Source of the DNA: Actinomycetes bacterium
GTDB taxonomy: Bacteria; Actinomycetota; Acidimicrobiia; Acidimicrobiales; JAMCPL01
Reading direction: 5' to 3'
DNA: 64,000 nt
NCBI GenBank assembly: GCA_021816935.1
Contig: JAKAWR010000006.1
Coordinates: forward strand, 86,977 to 150,976
The position numbers and the translations under genes are program-made. The notes under the pieces are model-generated. The model did not search any database. It had not been told where the DNA came from and saw only the letters and a program-made list of their open reading frames with translations. Numbering within the stretch: position 1 is the stretch's first letter; each line of letters starts with the position of its first letter. Positions 58,940-64,000 of this stretch are shown piece by piece.

Positions 58940-60678
58940 CTTCGACCACGACAACCGGGGCGGGTACAGCGGCCACGCAGGGCGAGCAGCGCCAGGCAGG
59001 CGATCCAATCGTACCGCGACCCGATATACGGCAGGCAGCGCTCAGATCCATAGGGAAGTCCGGGAGATCCTGGTGGGTTATCGTCACCACGCTCGGCGTG
59101 ATTGTCGTAGCAGGTGTGGTGGCATGGATCTTCCAGTTGAGAGACGGCCTCGGTGCCGCGGGCTACAACGACCGGGCGTTCTGGGCGGTATACGAGGCAG
59201 ACTTGGTGGCCTTCATCGGGGTCAGCTACGGCGGCGCCGTAGTGTCGGCAATCCTCCGGCTGACGAAGGCCTCCTGGCGGGCACCGCTCACGCGAATTGC
59301 CGAAGCCACCGCCCTCGTGACGTTGCCGATAGGGATGCTCTTTATAATCCCTCATCTCGGCAGTCCCGAGAAAATCTGGGAGCTGGTCTGGCCGCCCTAC
59401 TGGAACCTCTCGTCGCCGATCCTGTGGGACTTCTTCGCAGTGAGCACCTACCTGCTGGCGACGGCGGTATTCTTCTACCTTCCGCTCATTCCTGATGTGA
59501 AGGTCGCTATCAGTGGAGATGGTGTCCCGCCAGCTTGCGCCGGGCTGCGGTACCGCCTTATCCGCTGGCTATACGCAACTGTCGGGCGGAGTTGGGACGG
59601 CACGACGGGCCAGCGCCGGATACTCCATGGTGCACTCGGGCTGGTAGCAATCATGATCATTCCGATGGCGGTGTCGGTCCACTCCGTGCTGAGCTTCGCA
59701 TTCTCCTCTTCGAGCAGGGCAGGATACCTTGAGACCATCCTTCCCGTATATTTCGTGATAGCGGCACTCTACACAGGGGTCGCAATCGTCATCGTCGCGG
59801 TCGTGGCCTTCCGGCGCGCGTACCGGTTGGAGCGCTGGATCACGAAGCGCCACGTCGTGAGACTTGGCTTCATGATGGCTGCGCTTGGCGCGATATATCT
59901 CTACCTCACGTTCACCGAGTATCTCATCGACGGCTATTCGGGAACCGCCGGCAATGCGGCGTGGGTGCACCAGATCGTCGCAGGACGGTACTGGATTCCC
60001 TTCTGGTTCTACTTCGTCGCTGCAGGGGTGGTCCCGCTCCTTCTCATAGCGATTCCACGCACCCGCAACGTCAAGGGCATGACGGTTGCTTCCGTGCTCA
60101 TCCTCTTTGCAATGTGGGTCAAGCGCCTCGTGATCGTGGTCCCGGCAGCCACTGAACCGTTGGTCAGGTCGGCCATTACGCACGGCGGCGCGGTCAGCAG
60201 TGGAGTCGCTCCCGCTTCGCAGGGATCGCCCGCTCTCGGGATCGGCGGCGGAGTCGCCTGGGGAACCTACCACTTCACCTGGATCCCGATAGCCATCACG
60301 GTTGCGGCTACGGCGGCCATCCCCCTTCTGCTCATGATCCTGTTCAAGATCTTCCCCGTCATGTCCGTCACCGAGTTGGAAGAGGTGGCGCAGCTGGAAG
60401 GTTTGGAGGTCGACGTGGACGGTGTGGTCCGGGTGCTGAGCGGGGCGACGAGTGAGCGCCCGCGTGCCTGGCGGACCGGGTCAGGCGTGCCCGCAGCCCG
60501 GTCGGGTCCTCCGTTGCATGGAAGTGGGTCGGGTGCAGGCCTGAAGCGAGGCCGGTCAGATAAGCAGTTGCAACCCGAAAGCTCGCGAGCCCCCGCCAGG
60601 GAGGGCGCTGGAACGCTCTCTTCCCCGGATGCCGGCTCCGGTGCCGGCGGAACGACGATCGGAGGTGACGGTGAATGA
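58936..60678 (+). CDS. NrfD/PsrC/DsrP-family polytopic quinone-interacting membrane subunit, with an ~110-aa hydrophilic C-terminal tail
   Basis: ATGA overlap with the upstream gene. Family-like N-terminal region FWAVYEADLVAFIGVSYGGAVVSAILRL...RIAEATALVTL...PHLGSPEKIWEL. About 10 hydrophobic helices. Confidence 0.85.
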   Translation: MTSTTTTGAGTAATQGEQRQAGDPIVPRPDIRQAALRSIGKSGRSWWVIVTTLGVIVVAGVVAWIFQLRDGLGAAGYNDRAFWAVYEADLVAFIGVSYGGAVVSAILRLTKASWRAPLTRIAEATALVTLPIGMLFIIPHLGSPEKIWELVWPPYWNLSSPILWDFFAVSTYLLATAVFFYLPLIPDVKVAISGDGVPPACAGLRYRLIRWLYATVGRSWDGTTGQRRILHGALGLVAIMIIPMAVSVHSVLSFAFSSSSRAGYLETILPVYFVIAALYTGVAIVIVAVVAFRRAYRLERWITKRHVVRLGFMMAALGAIYLYLTFTEYLIDGYSGTAGNAAWVHQIVAGRYWIPFWFYFVAAGVVPLLLIAIPRTRNVKGMTVASVLILFAMWVKRLVIVVPAATEPLVRSAITHGGAVSSGVAPASQGSPALGIGGGVAWGTYHFTWIPIAITVAATAAIPLLLMILFKIFPVMSVTELEEVAQLEGLEVDVDGVVRVLSGATSERPRAWRTGSGVPAARSGPPLHGSGSGAGLKRGRSDKQLQPESSRAPAREGAGTLSSPDAGSGAGGTTIGGDGE

Positions 60679-61709
60679 GGCAGCTAGGGAATAATCCGGT
60701 AAGTGGAGCGGGCCCCACGCCGGGCGCAGGCGGCGGGAGTGGATCGCTGAGGTTGGCCGTGGTAATCGGGAGCAAGGCCCTGGGCATCCTTTTCGTGGTG
60801 GCGTGCGCTTTGGCACCCTTCGGCTATGGCGGTACCGCCGCGGCCGCTTCAACGGCTGCTGGTAGCACCCCGGGCAGCAGCGGCGGATCCGTGACGGCCG
60901 GCGGCGAATACGTCGGGCCTTCTTCGGCGAGCGGTTCAGGAGCGGCTTCGGGTTCGGTCAATTCAAGCGGCGAGTACGTGGGAGCAGGCGGCTCCTCTCC
61001 TGCAGGCGGTGTCAACTCTCCGGGGGGCAGCTCGGGGGCGTCTCTGCCTGGCTCGGGTTCCGCCTCGGGTTCCGCCTCGGGTTCTGGTTCGGTAAGCGGA
61101 TCCGGAGAGTACACGGGGCCGGGCACTGCCGCGCCTCCCGGTTCTGGTGCTGGGAGGTCCGGTTCGCCGTCAACGCAGGGAAGCGCGGCGAGTCCTGCCG
61201 GCCCTGTCGATACCATGACCCTGCAAGCCCAGGGAGCGTCCTCCGATCCGTCCAGCGTCGAGCTGGTTGCCACACTTAGGGGCGCCGGCGGGGCGGGAGC
61301 TGCAGCACCTGTACCGGTAGCCGGTGTTGCGGTGAAGTTCTACGTCGCTGCGAGCCAGTTCGCAGGGGCGTTCGGCGGCCAGGCGCCGGAGATGCTTGTC
61401 GGTACGGCAACGACGAGCGCGGCAGGGGTGGCTCAGGTTGCCTACCGGACGACGTGGAAAGGCACGCAGAGCTTCAGCGCTCAGGCCGCGGGGACCGGCA
61501 AGAATGCGAGTCCGCTCGCCACAGCGGCCGCCTCCTACGATGCGCTGTCCGCAAGCCGCCCGTTCGCAGGCCAGCTCGAGGCGTCGCGGCCAGACGGGAC
61601 AGTCGGGCGGTGGGCAGCAGGGTTGCTTCTCGCCGTAGTGGCACTCCTATGGATCGTGATGCTTGGCAGCGTCGGCAGGGTCCATCTACTGCTGGCAAGG
61701 CGGGTCTGA
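60675..61709 (+). CDS. Ser/Gly-rich protein with N-terminal and C-terminal hydrophobic anchors and an Ig-like beta domain
   Basis: ATGA overlap with the NrfD-like gene. Contains the GEY(V/T)G(P/A) triplet motif x3, a GSGSASGSASGSGS tract, a beta-rich segment (VELVATLRG...VAVKFYVAAS...VAQVAYRTTWKGTQSFSAQAAG), and a C-terminal TM (AAGLLLAVVALLWIVMLGSV). It has no CxxCH haem motif. Confidence 0.6.
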   Translation: MRQLGNNPVSGAGPTPGAGGGSGSLRLAVVIGSKALGILFVVACALAPFGYGGTAAAASTAAGSTPGSSGGSVTAGGEYVGPSSASGSGAASGSVNSSGEYVGAGGSSPAGGVNSPGGSSGASLPGSGSASGSASGSGSVSGSGEYTGPGTAAPPGSGAGRSGSPSTQGSAASPAGPVDTMTLQAQGASSDPSSVELVATLRGAGGAGAAAPVPVAGVAVKFYVAASQFAGAFGGQAPEMLVGTATTSAAGVAQVAYRTTWKGTQSFSAQAAGTGKNASPLATAAASYDALSASRPFAGQLEASRPDGTVGRWAAGLLLAVVALLWIVMLGSVGRVHLLLARRV

Positions 61710-61814
61710 TGTGGTGGGAGCTCGGTGGAATATCGGCTTGGGAAAAGTCGACTCGCGGATGGCGAGATCCGTTGGTTCGGCGTCTCGACGGCAATGATAT
61801 GGCAGGAGGCAATA

Positions 61815-62102
61815 ATGGAAGGTGAAGCAAGAACGGCACTGTTGGAAGCAGAAGAGGCAGAGGCAGGGACGGTTGCGCCCGGCACTGCAGTCGCTCAAAG
61901 CGAAGAGTTCCTCCCCCTGGAATTCGGAGCCGAGGACCCCGACGCCGCAGTACGTCGCGCTCCGAAAGCGAAGTTGATCGCTGTCACGTTGGCCATCATT
62001 GTCGGCGTGGTCGTGAGCCTCGTGGTCGGGGTCGTAGTGATCGCCTACGTTATCAAGGGGCTGCAGGCGCTCACCGCGGTCGTGGGTCCGCTTGCGCTGT
62101 AG
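61815..62102 (+). CDS. Small acidic protein with a C-terminal TM helix
   Basis: The ATG at 61815 is preceded by GGAGG at 5-6 nt. MEGEARTALLEAEEAEAG... followed by LIAVTLAIIVGVVVSLVVGVVVIAYVI. The longest ORF starts at 61725. Confidence 0.4.
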   Translation: MEGEARTALLEAEEAEAGTVAPGTAVAQSEEFLPLEFGAEDPDAAVRRAPKAKLIAVTLAIIVGVVVSLVVGVVVIAYVIKGLQALTAVVGPLAL

Positions 62103-62278
62103 CTCTCGGCGCCCCGGGTGGCGCTGAGGGTGCGGCCGGCCGGTTTTGCTGGGCGCGTCGCGGTCGGTCCTGATAGGGGGTTGTTGTTGACGGCAGGCGC
62201 GGCCCCGCCTCCGGCAGGCTGCGTGAGGTGCCCCTCCTCACTTTGTGCGTCGAGAGCGATCTAACTATACTGAGGAGT

Positions 62279-63187
62279 ATGCCTGATAGCGAAGCATCTG
62301 AGCGACCGGGCCCGGGCGTGCCCGGAGGGATCGAGAGGATCGGTGTCGTCGGATGCGGGCTCATGGGATCCGGGGTGGCCGAAGTGAGTGCGAGGGCTGG
62401 TCTCGCTGTCGTGGTTGTCGAGGCGGAGGACGAACTTGCGAAGGCCGGGCGCTTCCGCATTGAAGCGTCGCTTTCCAGGGGGCTGAAGAGCGGCAAGATC
62501 AGCCAGGAGGATCTCGACGGCGCGCTGGCTAAGATCGATGTCACATCGGACTACGATACGCTTGGTGCTTGCGACCTGATCGTCGAGGCGGTGACGGAAT
62601 CCGAGCCGGCTAAGGAGGAGGTCTTCCGGATCCTCGACAGGGTGGTGGAGAACCCGGAGGCGATACTTGCCTCCAATACCAGCTCCATCCCAATCATGAA
62701 GCTCGGGATGGTGACGGCCCGGCCGGAGAGGGTGGTGGGTCTGCACTTCTTCAATCCGGTTCCGGTACTGAAGCTGGTCGAGCTCGTTCCATCGTTGCTG
62801 ACGGGGGAGGATACGGTGTCGCGGGTAGAGGCATTCGCCACAGAGAGGCTCGGGAAACGGGTGATTCACTGCCAGGATCGTGCCGGGTTCGTTGTAAATG
62901 CACTTCTCATCCCGTACATTCTGTCGGCAGTGAGGATGATGGAGTCCGGGTTCGCGTCGGCAGGCGATATAGATACCGGAATGGTTGAGGGTTGCGCTCA
63001 TCCGATGGGCCCATTGGCGTTAGCGGACCTGATCGGGCTTGACACGACCGCTGCCGTGGCCCAGTCGCTTTACGAGGAGTTCAAGGAGCCGCTGTACGCG
63101 CCGCCGCCGCTCCTCCTTCGCATGGTGGAGGCGGGTCTCATGGGGCGGAAGGCCGGGCGGGGTTTCTTCGAGTACGCCCGGTTGTGA
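62279..63187 (+). CDS. 3-hydroxybutyryl/3-hydroxyacyl-CoA dehydrogenase
   Basis: Rossmann IGVVGCGLMGSGVAEV, followed by EAVTESEPAKEEVF...ASNTSSIPI...HFFNPVPVLKLVE...VNALLIPY. Confidence 0.9.
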   Translation: MPDSEASERPGPGVPGGIERIGVVGCGLMGSGVAEVSARAGLAVVVVEAEDELAKAGRFRIEASLSRGLKSGKISQEDLDGALAKIDVTSDYDTLGACDLIVEAVTESEPAKEEVFRILDRVVENPEAILASNTSSIPIMKLGMVTARPERVVGLHFFNPVPVLKLVELVPSLLTGEDTVSRVEAFATERLGKRVIHCQDRAGFVVNALLIPYILSAVRMMESGFASAGDIDTGMVEGCAHPMGPLALADLIGLDTTAAVAQSLYEEFKEPLYAPPPLLLRMVEAGLMGRKAGRGFFEYARL

Positions 63188-63233
63188 GCGATGGAATGAT
63201 TGCGCAGGTAGATCGAGAGAGGTTGGAGCCGCA

Positions 63234-64000
63234 GTGCTGACTGAGGAGCACAGGGAACTTAGGCAGGCGTTGAGAGCGTGGGCGGACTGCGAGGTGGCTC
63301 CCTTTGCCAAAGAGGTGGACCGGGACGCTAGGTTCCCGCGCGAGGCGTTCAAGTCGTATGTCGCCAATGGCTGGGTCCGGATGCAATACCCGGCCGAGTA
63401 CGGCGGAGACGGCGCAGACGCGGTGTCCAACGCGATCCTTATCGAGGAGATTGCTCGCGCGTGCGGGAGCTCCTCCCTGTTCGCGCTCATCTCAAAGCTG
63501 GGCATGATACCGGTTATCAACTGGGGAACCGGCGAACTGAAGGAGAAGTACGTTCCGAGGATTGCCGCCGGCGAGAGCCAGGCCAGCTACTGCCTTTCGG
63601 AGTCCGGCGCCGGCTCGGACGTCGCGTCGATGACGACCAGGGCCGTTCGTGACGGTGACGCTTACGTGCTCAACGGTGCAAAGTACTGGATTACCAACGC
63701 AGGGGTGTCCGATATCTACACTGTATTCGCAAAGACCGATCCGGATGCAGGGCATAGGGGAATATCGTGCTTTGTCGTCGAGAGAGACTGGGGGGTGAAG
63801 ATCGGCAAGCTGGAGGAGAAGATGGGCGTCAGGGGGAGCCCGACGGGCGAGGTATTGCTGGAGGACGTGCGGGTGCCGGCTGCCAACCTGGTCGGCGAAG
63901 AGGGGCAGGGATTTGCGATAGCGATGGGCACGCTGAACCGGAGTAGGCCCGGGATCGGCGCTCAGGCTGTGGGGATAGCTCAGGCCGCCCTGGATGCGGC
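63234..64000 (+). CDS. Acyl-CoA dehydrogenase (short/butyryl-CoA type); N-terminal ~255 aa, continues beyond the window
   Basis: My translation from the GTG at 63234 (GGAG upstream): VLTEEHRELRQALRAWADCEVAPFAKEVDRDARFP...YCLSESGAGSDVASMTTRAVRDGDAYVLNGAKYWITNAGVSDIYTVFAKT...GVRGSPTGEVLLEDVRVP. It is not in the ORF track because there is no stop codon in the window. Confidence 0.9.
   Translation, partial: MLTEEHRELRQALRAWADCEVAPFAKEVDRDARFPREAFKSYVANGWVRMQYPAEYGGDGADAVSNAILIEEIARACGSSSLFALISKLGMIPVINWGTGELKEKYVPRIAAGESQASYCLSESGAGSDVASMTTRAVRDGDAYVLNGAKYWITNAGVSDIYTVFAKTDPDAGHRGISCFVVERDWGVKIGKLEEKMGVRGSPTGEVLLEDVRVPAANLVGEEGQGFAIAMGTLNRSRPGIGAQAVGIAQAALDA

Overview
High-GC (roughly two-thirds G+C by eye) chromosomal segment. 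Its gene content looks like Actinomycetota: a mycobacterial-type SerC, a polyprenol-P-mannose synthase, a large GT2 protein followed by a DUF5719-like protein, GatCAB, and a LAL-type LuxR regulator. No finer taxon can be called from the sequence alone.

Most of the window is housekeeping: ilvD, rph, a SEDS protein, ppk1, rplS, gatCAB, sucCD, serC, serA, mfd, beta-oxidation genes, and cell-envelope genes.

No rRNA gene or CRISPR array was seen, and I found no tRNA in the intergenic regions I examined.

The main unexplained content is as follows:
1. Three very large secreted paralogues, two in tandem at 37.0-43.5 kb and a third at 51.6-55.9 kb. Their N-terminal 'heads' are completely different: a Pmp-like beta-helix plus an Ig-like domain; a 7-blade Cys-pair propeller plus FN3; and a 14-blade BNR-like double propeller plus IPT/TIG. 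All three end in the same C-terminal module of three ~125-aa repeats, giving nine copies in the window. I cannot assign this repeat to a named family. I consider this the best candidate for an undescribed cell-surface system.
2. A 160-bp MITE-like element with 18-bp terminal inverted repeats. Two copies are 100% identical, lie in inverted orientation, and bracket ~13.6 kb that includes the tandem surface-protein operon.
3. An orphan, translationally coupled NrfC/NrfD-like quinone module with no catalytic subunit, followed by a Ser/Gly-rich membrane-tethered protein.
4. A thiolase next to an apparently catalytically dead HMG-CoA-synthase-like domain fused to DUF35.
5. Many perfect or near-perfect short tandem repeats (15, 18 and 34 bp) inside or next to genes, and a purine-rich, GGA-dense leader upstream of serA.

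All family calls come from reading motifs in the translations. No database search or structure prediction was possible. Most start codons are uncertain by tens of codons.
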